Source: Oxalobacter sp. | Lineage (GTDB): Bacteria > Pseudomonadota > Gammaproteobacteria > Burkholderiales > Burkholderiaceae_D | Length of the DNA stretch: 64,000 nucleotides | Assembly (NCBI GenBank): GCA_018384065.1 | Contig: JAHAYL010000051.1 | Location: 840-64,839 of the forward strand | Reading direction: 5' to 3' | Shown here: positions 1 to 10,922 of the stretch, in pieces | Numbering within the stretch: position 1 is the stretch's first letter | Layout: each line of letters begins with the position of its first letter | Translations under genes and position numbers: made by a program | The notes under the pieces: generated by a model | Seen by the model: the letters and a program-made list of their open reading frames with translations, nothing else | Told to the model about the DNA's origin: nothing | The model's database searches: none

Positions 1-152
1 AGGCATTGATTGCATTCCTTTCCAAGAAACTGCGGGTGCCCAAGCGGCAGATTGCGATTACACATGGGACTTCTGCCAAGAAAAAACTGTTGGAAATCTC
101 AGATACCGGTTTTTCCCTGGAAACGTTGGAAAGCAAGATCAGGGAGTCCTGA
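1..152 (+). CDS. yggU: 3' end of DUF167/UPF0235 (YggU) family protein, truncated by window start
   Basis: Not in the ORF track. Frame starting at nt 3 reads ALIAFLSKKLRVPKRQIAITHGTSAKKKLLEI...IRES*, stop TGA at 150-152; matches the DUF167 C-terminal pattern. Confidence 0.8.
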   Translation, partial: ALIAFLSKKLRVPKRQIAITHGTSAKKKLLEISDTGFSLETLESKIRES

Positions 153-153
153 A

Positions 154-750
154 TCAGCAGGTTGGTGGGATGTCGCCAAACCAGGGAACCAGGTCGATGC
201 CATTGTCTGCCATTGCCTGGCTGTAACCTGTCCAATCAAAGAATGGGCCAGGATCTGTCTTCCGGACCGGGGCGATATGTTCATGGCCTGTCACATTTTT
301 CATCTGCGGATAGCGGGCAGCCAATGCTTTTGTCAGTGATGCCAATGTTTTGTACTGTGCGGGCTCAAAGGGAACAAAATCCGTACCTTCCACTTCAATG
401 CCAACCGAGAAATCATTGCAGCCTTCCCGTCCCATGAATGAAGAGGCTCCTGCATGCCAAGCCCTTTTTTCTGTCGGGACGAACTGGATGAGTTCTCCCG
501 TCCGTCTGATGAAAAAGTGCGAAGAGACCTTTAGCCCGCGCAGCTGGTCGAAGAAAGGATGCTGGTCGCAGTCAAGGCGGTTCAGGAACATGTCGGTGAT
601 GTAAGGGCCGCCGAACTGTCCTGGTGGCAGGGAAATGTTGTGGATGACAAGCAGTTCAACAGGCTGTCCTTCAGGACGTTCGTTATGGTTTGGTGAAAGC
701 ATCTGGCGCGCCTGTGGACACCAGCCGTCCCGGTCAATCGTGAAGGTCAT
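154..750 (-). CDS. ampD: 1,6-anhydro-N-acetylmuramyl-L-alanine amidase AmpD
   Basis: Motifs VIHNISLPPG, VSSHFFIRR, RAWHAG, SVGIEVEG, GHEHIAPVRKTDPG. Confidence 0.96.
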   Translation of the reverse strand: MTFTIDRDGWCPQARQMLSPNHNERPEGQPVELLVIHNISLPPGQFGGPYITDMFLNRLDCDQHPFFDQLRGLKVSSHFFIRRTGELIQFVPTEKRAWHAGASSFMGREGCNDFSVGIEVEGTDFVPFEPAQYKTLASLTKALAARYPQMKNVTGHEHIAPVRKTDPGPFFDWTGYSQAMADNGIDLVPWFGDIPPTC

Positions 751-764
751 GATAGAAGTCCCGG

Positions 765-1124
765 TCAGGATTTATGGTCGCTGGAAAACCATGCCATCGC
801 ATGTTCTTGGGAACAGAAAGTATGGCCTGCACGCTTGATGGACTGTGACGCCGGGATAAATACATTGCAGTGTTCACAACAGACCATCTGCTCAGTTCCA
901 TTGTCTGGTTTCCTTCCCTGCCCCTTTTGAGGAGGCTGATTGGGAAAGCCCTGTCTTGGGAATCCATTGGGGAAATTGCCGAAAGGCGGGAATCCTTTCT
1001 GGAAAGGATTGTCCGGATTGTTTGGATCCATGCCGGGATGGATGACAATCACATTTTCCTTCATGTTCTTGATGATGGCGGCAATGACTACAATAACCAC
1101 ACCAATCCAGAGCAGGAGCGTCAT
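765..1124 (-). CDS. PP0621-family small membrane protein with C-terminal Cys/His metal-binding motif
   Basis: N-terminal hydrophobic helix; C-terminal MVCCEHCNVFIP...HTFCSQEH; lies next to ampD. Confidence 0.8.
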   Translation of the reverse strand: MTLLLWIGVVIVVIAAIIKNMKENVIVIHPGMDPNNPDNPFQKGFPPFGNFPNGFPRQGFPNQPPQKGQGRKPDNGTEQMVCCEHCNVFIPASQSIKRAGHTFCSQEHAMAWFSSDHKS

Positions 1125-1246
1125 TTTGGAATTCCTTGAATGTTCAGAAAAACAGGGACATCATACGGCATATCCAATTAGCTGGCTATGATACGGGGCA
1201 ACAGCGTCTTATAATGGGCATCTATCTGTTTTTCTGGATGCATTCC

Positions 1247-1954
1247 ATGTCTTCGATTACTGATTCCCTCAAACAAGTCCAACAGCAGATTGTGCAGACT
1301 GCAATGCAGTGTGACCGTAATCCTGCCGATGTCCAGTTGTTGGCAGTATCCAAGACCAAGCCTGCCACAGCAGTGATTGAGGCGGCAGATGCCGGGCAAC
1401 GGGCTTTCGGTGAGAACTATGAGCAGGAAGGTGTTGAAAAAATCCGCACCATCCGCCGCCTGCGGCCAGACCTTAGGTTGGAATGGCATTTCATTGGACC
1501 GGTCCAAAGCAATAAGACCCGTCCCATCGCTGAGAATTTTGACTGGGTACATGCGGTTGACCGGGAGCGTATTGCCAAAAGGCTGTCAGACCAGCGTCCA
1601 GAAGGGAAGCCTCCCATCAATATCTGCCTCCAAGTGAATATCAGCGGGGAGGCGAGCAAAAGCGGTGTGGCACCTGAAGATGTCCTGGCTTTGGCAAAGG
1701 CGGTCAGTGTTTATCCCAATGTGAAATTACGGGGACTGATGGCGGTTCCAGAACCCGAGACGGATCCTGTAAAGCAGCATGAACCGTTCAAGGCGATGAA
1801 GACGCTGTTCAACCAGCTTCAGGAAAATGGGTTTGATGTGGATACCCTTTCCATGGGCATGTCTGCCGACATGGCGCCAGCTGTCCAGGAAGGTGCCACC
1901 ATTGTCCGTATCGGTACAGCCATTTTCGGTGCCCGTGATTATCCAAATAGATGA
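1247..1954 (+). CDS. yggS: PLP homeostasis protein, YggS family
   Basis: LLAVSK (PLP lysine), FGENY, WHFIGPVQSNK, LSMGMS, VRIGTAIFG. Start placed at MSSITD (1247) rather than 1136. Confidence 0.96.
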   Translation: MSSITDSLKQVQQQIVQTAMQCDRNPADVQLLAVSKTKPATAVIEAADAGQRAFGENYEQEGVEKIRTIRRLRPDLRLEWHFIGPVQSNKTRPIAENFDWVHAVDRERIAKRLSDQRPEGKPPINICLQVNISGEASKSGVAPEDVLALAKAVSVYPNVKLRGLMAVPEPETDPVKQHEPFKAMKTLFNQLQENGFDVDTLSMGMSADMAPAVQEGATIVRIGTAIFGARDYPNR

Positions 1955-1988
1955 AAATAACAACCATTAGGTTTATTTTGGGAAGTGA

Positions 1989-2522
1989 ATGGGCAATATC
2001 CTGATTGTTTTTTATTCAAGACCGCGCAGTGAAGGGATTGACGGTAAACAGGGGTTGTCAAAACCAGGCAATACAGAAGCTGTAGCACTTCAGCTTCAGA
2101 GGCTGACAGGTGCCGATATATTTCGGATTGAGACCAAAAAGCCATATCCCGACAACATCGACAGGCTGGGTGAAGTGGCCAAAGCGGAAAAGGGGGCTGA
2201 GGCAAGGCCTGCCCTGAAACAGACGGTGTTTGATATGAGCCGTTATGACACAGTGATACTGGGTTATCCCATCTGGCACGGTACTATGCCGATGGTGGTC
2301 AAGACCTTTCTGGAAAAGGCAGATTTTTCTGGCAAGACAATCATCCCGTTTGCCACGCATGAAATCAGTTATATGGGAGACAGCGAAAAGGATTTGAAAG
2401 ACTGCTGTCCTGCTGCGGATATTTTCCCTGGCACAGCTTTGCTGGCAACTGGATTATCGAAGGCAGGGGAACAGATTGCTGGCATCGCTAAAGTGGCAAA
2501 GGACAAGGAAGCCTATCGGTGA
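1989..2522 (+). CDS. Flavodoxin-like protein (Flavodoxin_4 type)
   Basis: ILIVFYS...GNT, YDTVILGYPIWHGTMP, DFSGKTIIPFATH pattern. Confidence 0.85.
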   Translation: MGNILIVFYSRPRSEGIDGKQGLSKPGNTEAVALQLQRLTGADIFRIETKKPYPDNIDRLGEVAKAEKGAEARPALKQTVFDMSRYDTVILGYPIWHGTMPMVVKTFLEKADFSGKTIIPFATHEISYMGDSEKDLKDCCPAADIFPGTALLATGLSKAGEQIAGIAKVAKDKEAYR

Positions 2523-2539
2523 TGTTTTTTCCCAAATAG

Positions 2540-2572
2540 AACTGCCACAGCCCTTAAAAGGCTGTGGCAGTT
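2540..2572. terminator. Hairpin between convergent genes, probable bidirectional terminator
   Basis: AACTGCCACAGCC-cttaaaa-GGCTGTGGCAGTT, perfect 13-bp stem. Confidence 0.75.
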
Positions 2573-2595
2573 TCGCATTCAATCAGGTCAGTTCC

Positions 2596-2853
2596 TCAGT
2601 CTGCTGGACGGGGATCTTCGATGGACAGGCGGTACTGGTATTTCAGTTCAGGGGTTGGCGCCGGAACTTCCATCAATGCACGTGGATCCAGGCGGACCTT
2701 ATGCAATGGTTTGAGGTTTTCAGCTGTGGAATCTTCCGCCCATTCAAAAACAGCGTAAGGAATCTTGCCCTGATAGAAAACGTCAACGACGTAGATACCC
2801 TTGAATTCACCATAGCGGGTGATCATCGCCCGCATTTTTGAGATTTCCTGCAT
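2596..2853 (-). CDS. Hypothetical protein, 85 aa
   Basis: GGAG RBS before ATG, globular composition, 14 nt downstream of the preceding gene, ends near the hairpin at 2540. Confidence 0.75.
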   Translation of the reverse strand: MQEISKMRAMITRYGEFKGIYVVDVFYQGKIPYAVFEWAEDSTAENLKPLHKVRLDPRALMEVPAPTPELKYQYRLSIEDPRPAD

Positions 2854-2867
2854 TTTATCTTCTCCAG

Positions 2868-3623
2868 TTATTCGTTGATGTCACACAGACCAGACCAGCT
2901 GATGTAAACCTTGTCGCCACGATAGATGGGGAGAGGTTTTTCGCCTTCTTTCAATGGGGTGTTGATGTCCTGTTTTTCGTTGGCGAAAAGGACATATGCA
3001 AAGTTGCCACGGGCGTTCTTGTCTTTGTATCTTGCTTCGATTTCCTTGATGTTTGCTGGAATCTTGGCTTCTTCAGGCCAGCGGACAGCTTGGACGACAA
3101 CCCATTGGGAACCCTGTTCACCGCCCAGCCAGATGGAAGGCTGCAGTTCAGGGTTGCTGTTGGCGGCAAGGACCTGTTCACCTTCTTTGGAGAGGTGCAT
3201 GCGGGCAGCCTGGACGGCAAAATCGTGCAGTTCCCAGTCGGTCAGTTCGATTTTCTCATCAGTAACGAGGTCTGGCGGGTTGATGGCAGAACCATCCTTT
3301 GCAGAAATCAGCCCCCAACCTTTGTTGGCAGGCATCCATGTGCCAAAGTTGAAACGCATAGGCATCAGGCATGCATGGCCGTTGCATGCTGCGGCGATTT
3401 TCATCAGGTCTTCTTGGGTTCCTGGAGATTCAATCAGGTCATCGGCATCAGTGACCCGGATGAAAAAGAGCTGGTTTCCCAGACGGAAAGAGAGGTGTTC
3501 CATGAGAGGCAGGTCGAGGTTTGCGCGCATCCAGGCGAGGTCTTGTCCTTGTGCCTGCCGCTGGAGCCAACTGCCAGCTGCTTGCCAGCATTCAATGAAT
3601 TCTTCTGTAGCTTGTATTGCCAT
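2868..3623 (-). CDS. Hypothetical protein, ~251 aa, possibly two related alpha/beta domains
   Basis: Long ORF with protein-like composition; AGGA RBS (GAACAGGAAAATATT-ATG) places the start at 3623. Confidence 0.8.
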   Translation of the reverse strand: MAIQATEEFIECWQAAGSWLQRQAQGQDLAWMRANLDLPLMEHLSFRLGNQLFFIRVTDADDLIESPGTQEDLMKIAAACNGHACLMPMRFNFGTWMPANKGWGLISAKDGSAINPPDLVTDEKIELTDWELHDFAVQAARMHLSKEGEQVLAANSNPELQPSIWLGGEQGSQWVVVQAVRWPEEAKIPANIKEIEARYKDKNARGNFAYVLFANEKQDINTPLKEGEKPLPIYRGDKVYISWSGLCDINE

Positions 3624-3639
3624 AATATTTTCCTGTTCA

Positions 3640-3683
3640 ATGATACAGACATAGGACATCCGTTGGACGTCTCAGTCTGTCAT
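3640..3683 (-). promoter_or_regulatory. Long hairpin just upstream of the RBS of the 251-aa gene
   Basis: Minus strand ACAGAC-TGA-GACGTCC-aac-GGATGTC-CTAT-GTCTGT. A G-U pair forms on the minus strand only. Confidence 0.55.
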
Positions 3684-3701
3684 ATAGTTAAGGGGAATTT
3701 G

Positions 3702-3744
3702 GCGGTAGTCTCTTGCCTAAGAATCTTCAGCGGTAGTCTCTTGC
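3702..3744. repeat. Perfect 15-bp direct repeat GCGGTAGTCTCTTGC, two copies, 28-bp period
   Basis: Copies read directly at 3702-3716 and 3730-3744. Confidence 0.9.
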
Positions 3745-3792
3745 TTTCGAAACTGCCTCTATGATACCGCAAAATATGTTTTTTTTCGATGC

Positions 3793-4218
3793 TTAACGGG
3801 CTCTTTTCGAGAGCAGTCCGCTGATTTTCTCAAGCAGTATTGCGAAAACCTGGGATGAAGGGGCTTCGGTCTTGGATGATTTCCCGAGTCCCATGATAAA
3901 ACGGGCGACAGGAAACATGGCCTTGGCATATCTGACCAGTTTTGATGCCAGGCTTTCCTTGGGGGGGACTGGTATAGGGACAGGTGCTTTTTTCTTGGTG
4001 AAAAAACGCCAGGGTTTGAGCAGGAGCAGTCCCAGTACACCACCACCGATAGCAAATGGTTTTACACCGATAGACTTGATTTTCTTGATGAGCTTGACGC
4101 TTTTGGTGACAGCATTGGGACCACGGACCGCAGTCTGGACCTGAAGGGCAAGCGCCTTCCTTAAGAGAACACCTTGAGTCAGGAGTTCTTTTTTACGGTC
4201 TTCTCTTGAAGTTGCCAT
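3793..4218 (-). CDS. YqjK-like protein
   Basis: Third gene of the DUF883 / holin-family / YqjK trio; RKKELL...LRKAL N-terminus and a central hydrophobic segment. Confidence 0.7.
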   Translation of the reverse strand: MATSREDRKKELLTQGVLLRKALALQVQTAVRGPNAVTKSVKLIKKIKSIGVKPFAIGGGVLGLLLLKPWRFFTKKKAPVPIPVPPKESLASKLVRYAKAMFPVARFIMGLGKSSKTEAPSSQVFAILLEKISGLLSKRAR

Positions 4219-4231
4219 CTGCGGATCCTGT

Positions 4232-4612
4232 TTATTCAGAAACTGACTTTACTGACGATTTCAGGTGTGCAATGTCGCCTGCGATTTCCTCACGGGTCTT
4301 CGCCAGTATCTTTGGTTTGTTCTTGAGGCCACTGCGCAGCTTCAAGGCGAAGATTATCCCGACAATAAGGAAGAAAGCAGTAACCCCACCGAGAGCACCT
4401 ATCCGGCAGGTATCCCAGCAGAGGACGACAATCAGCACTGCCGCCATGATAATGCCGACAAAGATGCAGAAGAACGCCACAATAGAAAACACTATATAGC
4501 CGATAATGCGGCTCAATTCTTCCCGCAGTTCAATGGAAGCAAGCTCTGCCCTGTTTTTGGCGATGGCAAGCACGGAGCTTGCCATCTTGGACAAAGTGTC
4601 AGTCAGTGCCAT
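4232..4612 (-). CDS. Phage holin family (YqjE-like) membrane protein
   Basis: RAELASIELREE motif, two hydrophobic segments, TREEIAGD tail. Confidence 0.85.
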   Translation of the reverse strand: MALTDTLSKMASSVLAIAKNRAELASIELREELSRIIGYIVFSIVAFFCIFVGIIMAAVLIVVLCWDTCRIGALGGVTAFFLIVGIIFALKLRSGLKNKPKILAKTREEIAGDIAHLKSSVKSVSE

Positions 4613-4624
4613 AGAACGGATTTA

Positions 4625-4930
4625 TTATTTCTTATAAATCGAACGGGCAACGAGGAAACCGGTCAATGTACCCAGGATGGCGATGACCCCTGCAGTCATT
4701 GCAGGATGTTCCTTGGCAGTTTCGACAGCACAGACTGCTGCTTTCCTTGCCTTGTCAGCAGCAACTTCTTCCAAGTGTTTGGCATAGAATTTTGCCTCGG
4801 TAACAACTTCTTCCAGTTTCTGTTTTGCTGCCTGGATAGTGCTGCTGTCACATACGTCTGCGATTTTGTCGGTTACATTGCCAATGATACTGCTGTCCTG
4901 TGCCTGGCCTGCATTTTCAAGAATTTCCAT
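4625..4930 (-). CDS. DUF883 / ElaB-YqjD family tail-anchored protein
   Basis: Ala/Lys-rich helical body, KEHPAMTAGVIAILGTLTGFLV C-terminal anchor. Confidence 0.8.
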   Translation of the reverse strand: MEILENAGQAQDSSIIGNVTDKIADVCDSSTIQAAKQKLEEVVTEAKFYAKHLEEVAADKARKAAVCAVETAKEHPAMTAGVIAILGTLTGFLVARSIYKK

Positions 4931-5044
4931 GATTCAATCCTTCCTGTCAAAAAAGATGGGGAAAACAGCTTTGAAGTCGCGATTATGATAGATAAAGATG
5001 CCATCATCCATATCATCTATCGACAACATTCTATAACAGCCATA

Positions 5045-5938
5045 TTAACGCAGAGTATAGTCCAGCACAATCCCGATAAACAGGGAAAATCCCAGCCAGT
5101 TGTTATGGTGGAATGCAGCAAGGCAGCTTTCCCTGTCACGGTGGTGGATCAGATACCAATGGTGGATGACACAGGCAAGGGCGCCAAGCCAGCCGGCAAG
5201 TGCCCATTTGCCGAGTTCCGCCTGCCAGCCGATGAACAGGGTGAGTGCCATTGCCAGAAGGTAACAGACCATGATGGCGGCAATGTCAAACCGTCCAAAG
5301 GTGATGGCAGAGGTCTGAAGGCCCAGCTTCAGGTCATCGTCCCGGTCTGCGATGGCATATTCCGTGTCATAGGCAAGTGTCCAGAAGATATTGGCAGCCA
5401 GCAGCAGCCATGCTGTCCATGGTACGGTTTCCAGGACAGCGGCATATGCCATCGGGATGCCGAATCCGAAAGCCAGGCCAAGCCAGGCTTGGGGAAGGGG
5501 AAAGAAACGCTTGAACAAGGGATAAACCCCGGCAATGAATGCAGCCACAACAGAAAGTCCAACTGTCAGGCGGTTGAGGGGGAGGACCAGCAGGAAAGAC
5601 ACAAAAGCCAGGATGGCGGTGACCCAAAGTGCTTCTTTGGGCTTGATCTGTCCGGTTGCCAATACCCTGTTCTCAGTCCGTTTGACCTGACCGTCAATAT
5701 CCCTGTCCAGATAGTCGTTGATGGCACAGCCTGCCGACCGCATCAAGAAAGTTCCCAAGGTGAAGATGATGAGATGCAGGAAGGAAGGCAGCCCTTTGGA
5801 AGCCAGCCAGAGGGCGCCCAATGTGGGCCAGAGCAGCAGCAGGGAACCGATGGGCTTGTCCAGACGGACAAGCCGGCAGTAGAGGGCAAGGCGTGATGGC
5901 GGTTTTCCCGTCATGGATGGTGTCCTGTTGTCAGACAT
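5045..5938 (-). CDS. ubiA: 4-hydroxybenzoate polyprenyltransferase
   Basis: [37 protein letters not shown] motifs. Confidence 0.96.
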   Translation of the reverse strand: MSDNRTPSMTGKPPSRLALYCRLVRLDKPIGSLLLLWPTLGALWLASKGLPSFLHLIIFTLGTFLMRSAGCAINDYLDRDIDGQVKRTENRVLATGQIKPKEALWVTAILAFVSFLLVLPLNRLTVGLSVVAAFIAGVYPLFKRFFPLPQAWLGLAFGFGIPMAYAAVLETVPWTAWLLLAANIFWTLAYDTEYAIADRDDDLKLGLQTSAITFGRFDIAAIMVCYLLAMALTLFIGWQAELGKWALAGWLGALACVIHHWYLIHHRDRESCLAAFHHNNWLGFSLFIGIVLDYTLR

Positions 5939-7955
5939 TCAGGAATTCCTCACGGTTGCTCAGCCATCGGTCAAGATGGGCATTGATGATGGAGGCACTG
6001 TCAGGCAGTTGCCCTGTCAGCAGTTTCTGGGCGGTATCCGCCGCCATGTCAATAAGCTGTCCATCCTGTTCAAGGTCTGCGAACCGCAGCATCTGCTGTC
6101 CTGACTGCCGTGCGCCGAGGAACTCACCGGGACCGCGTATCTCAAGGTCCTGCTGTGCAATCCGGAAACCATCGGTTGTTTCCCGCATGATGCCAAGGCG
6201 CTGCCTTGCAACCTGTCCCAAAGGCTTCTGGTAAAGCAGCAGGCAGACACTGGCGGAGCTTCCCCGGCCGACCCGCCCCCTCAACTGATGGAGTTGGGAA
6301 AGGCCGAACCGTTCAGCATGTTCGATGATCATCAACGAGGCATTGGGTACATCCACACCGACCTCAATTACCGTGGTTGCCACCAGGACATGGATCCTGC
6401 CGGATTGGAAATCAGACATGACAGCCTGTTTCTCGGCAGGTTTCATCCTGCCATGCAGCAATCCGACATTCAGTCCAGCGAGGGCCTGTGTCAGCCGTTC
6501 ATGGGTTTCGACGGCGTTCTGCAATTCAAGGGCTTCTGATTCTTCAATCAATGGACAGACCCAGTAAACCTGCCGGCCCTGCTGGGCTGCCGCATGTATC
6601 CTGCCGATGACCTCATCACGGCGGCTGTCATCAATCAGGCGTGTCAGGACAGGGGTGCGTCCAGGAGGCAGTTCATCAATGACGGATACGTCAAGGTCTG
6701 CATAGAAAGTCATTGCCAATGTGCGGGGAATCGGTGTGGCGCTCATCATCAGCTGGTGGGGCAGCAGAAGGTCATCGCTGCCTTTGTTCCTCAGCATCAG
6801 GCGTTGCCCGACGCCAAAGCGGTGCTGTTCATCGATGATGACGAATCCAAGCTGCGCAAAGGATACTGTGTCCTGGATCAATGCATGGGTACCGACGATA
6901 AGACGGGCATCTCCTGATGCGATGGCTTCCAGGATGGGAGTACGTTCTTTCTTTTTCATGCTGCCGTTCAGCCAGGCAACAGGAACGCCGACAGGCTTCA
7001 TCCATTCTGAAATACGCAGGTAATGCTGTTCAGCGAGGATTTCAGTGGGTGCCATCAATGCCACTTGATATCCGCTGTCGATGGCCTGCAAGGCAGCCAG
7101 TGCCGAAACGACGGTTTTGCCACTGCCGACATCCCCTTGAAGCAGCCGTTGCATTGGATAGCTGCCTTTCAGGTCCTGCCTGATTTCATCCAACGCTTTC
7201 TGCTGGGCAGCGGTCAGTCTGAATGGCAGGTGGTCAAGGAACAGCTGGGTATGCTGCCCTACTGTCAGGAAAGGGGGGGCCTTCTGCTGCCACCTTGCCA
7301 TCCGTGCCCGCCGCATGGACAGCTGTTGGGCAAGCAGTTCGTCGAATTTGATGCGTTGCCACGCTGGATGGCTGCGTTCAGACAATGCGGTGACATCCGC
7401 ATCGGCCGCAGGGTGGTGCAGGAAACGGATAGAACGTTCAAAGCCTGGCAGTTTCAGTGTCTTGAGCAGGGATTCCGGCAATGTATCGGTCAAAGGACTG
7501 TCTTCAAGTGCGGTATTGATATGCCTGCGCAATGTTTTCTGCGATATGCCTTCACTTGCGGGATAGACAGGGGTCAGTTCAGTTGGCAGGGGTGTATTTT
7601 CAGAAACCATACGGTAAACAGGATGGATGATTTCTGTTCCGAAAAAACCACCCCGTGGTTCACCACGGGCACGGAGGCGTTTGCCGGTAACAAGCTGTTT
7701 GACTTGGCTGCCATAAAAATGGATGAACCGTAAAGTGATTTCACCTGTGTCATCTGCCACAGTGACCAGCAGCTGTTTCCTTGGCCGGTATTGGACTTCG
7801 CTGTGCTGGATGGTTCCTTCAATCTGCACGGAACCGGCAGGATGGCGGCAGGCTTCCTGGATTGCTGTCACCTGAGTTTCATCTTCGTAACGCATCGGAA
7901 GATGAAGGATGCAGTCCATCATTGAGCGGAGGCCTAATTTCTCAAGTCTGTCCAT
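5931..7955 (-). CDS. recG: ATP-dependent DNA helicase RecG
   Basis: [43 protein letters not shown]. Confidence 0.98.
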   Translation of the reverse strand: MDRLEKLGLRSMMDCILHLPMRYEDETQVTAIQEACRHPAGSVQIEGTIQHSEVQYRPRKQLLVTVADDTGEITLRFIHFYGSQVKQLVTGKRLRARGEPRGGFFGTEIIHPVYRMVSENTPLPTELTPVYPASEGISQKTLRRHINTALEDSPLTDTLPESLLKTLKLPGFERSIRFLHHPAADADVTALSERSHPAWQRIKFDELLAQQLSMRRARMARWQQKAPPFLTVGQHTQLFLDHLPFRLTAAQQKALDEIRQDLKGSYPMQRLLQGDVGSGKTVVSALAALQAIDSGYQVALMAPTEILAEQHYLRISEWMKPVGVPVAWLNGSMKKKERTPILEAIASGDARLIVGTHALIQDTVSFAQLGFVIIDEQHRFGVGQRLMLRNKGSDDLLLPHQLMMSATPIPRTLAMTFYADLDVSVIDELPPGRTPVLTRLIDDSRRDEVIGRIHAAAQQGRQVYWVCPLIEESEALELQNAVETHERLTQALAGLNVGLLHGRMKPAEKQAVMSDFQSGRIHVLVATTVIEVGVDVPNASLMIIEHAERFGLSQLHQLRGRVGRGSSASVCLLLYQKPLGQVARQRLGIMRETTDGFRIAQQDLEIRGPGEFLGARQSGQQMLRFADLEQDGQLIDMAADTAQKLLTGQLPDSASIINAHLDRWLSNREEFLNV

Positions 7956-8038
7956 ATCCGGTGAGATTGGTCGTTGGAAAGCAGTACAGGATAAAATATC
8001 GAAAACGTTATTATCAGGTATTTTTCACGGAACATCAC

Positions 8039-8133
8039 GCATGGTCCGATTTCCAGAAAAGCCGGGACCGAATCTTATCGGTGCTGTCAAACACCGCTAT
8101 ACTTGCGTTTTCAGCATGGTCCGGTTTCCGGAA
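8039..8133. repeat. Imperfect 20-bp direct repeat (18/20) in the recG-queA divergent spacer
   Basis: GCATGGTCCGATTTCCAGAA at 8039-8058 and GCATGGTCCGGTTTCCGGAA at 8114-8133. Confidence 0.85.
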
Positions 8134-8156
8134 CTTGGTATCCAGCCGATTGCAGT

Positions 8157-10326
<2,170 letters not shown>

Positions 10327-10446
10327 CAGGCTGCCATCCCTGTTGGACGAGCAGGATATTCAGGGATTGACAGCAAAAATGCGTGAAAAATCATGGCATA
10401 GTGTTACAATTCCAGATTACGTTAAAAAATCCGTCTTGGAGTCTCC

Positions 10447-10887
10447 ATGTTGATCAGCAACGCTTACGCAGATACCGCAGCTTCGTCAGGGTTTTCCTTG
10501 GGCAGCCTCAGCAGCCTTTGGCCGATTGCCTTGATGTTTATCCTGGTTTATTTCCTGATGATTCGTCCCCAGCGGAAGAAACAGAAAGAGCAGCAGGACA
10601 TGATCAGTGGACTTGGCACTGGAGATGAAATCCTGACTTCCGGTGGTATCATCGGCAAGGTTATCCGGGTTGAAGAAGCGTTTGTGGTGCTTGAGATTTC
10701 TGTCGGGAATACCATGATTGTCCAGAAAAACGCCATTGTATCCATGCTGCCAAAGGGGAGTATTGATGCCATGTTGAATGGTGACCCGGGCAATCCACTG
10801 GAATCCGGAAAAGCGGAAGAAGAATCCCCGGCACCACAGGAAACCGGCAAACAGGAAGATGCTGGCAAATCTGGGCAGTCTGCCTGA
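10447..10887 (+). CDS. yajC: Preprotein translocase subunit YajC with C-terminal extension
   Basis: YFLMIRPQRKKQK, GDEILTSGGIIG; position between tgt and secD. Confidence 0.95.
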   Translation: MLISNAYADTAASSGFSLGSLSSLWPIALMFILVYFLMIRPQRKKQKEQQDMISGLGTGDEILTSGGIIGKVIRVEEAFVVLEISVGNTMIVQKNAIVSMLPKGSIDAMLNGDPGNPLESGKAEEESPAPQETGKQEDAGKSGQSA

Positions 10888-10922
10888 TTCCAGCCAGAAA
10901 GACAGCATTTATTGATTGCATT

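Noticed and set aside
2926-3654. 242-aa same-strand alternative frame over the 251-aa gene
   Set aside because: Ser/Arg/Cys-rich non-protein-like composition; the 2868-3623 frame has the RBS and globular character.
3702-3744. Direct repeats as a mini-CRISPR array
   Set aside because: Only two 15-bp copies with a 13-bp spacer and no cas genes.
3961-3967. G7 homopolymers in coding sequence (also near 7273)
   Set aside because: Too short for convincing phase variation, and the reading frames are intact.
4265-5896. 543-aa plus-strand ORF spanning three genes
   Set aside because: It is codon-aligned antisense to the holin-family, DUF883 and ubiA genes, which happen to share one frame. This is a typical shadow ORF with no recognisable motifs.
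8100-8156. preQ1 riboswitch ahead of queA-tgt
   Set aside because: No AGAGGTTCTAG-like aptamer core or A-rich tail pattern seen.
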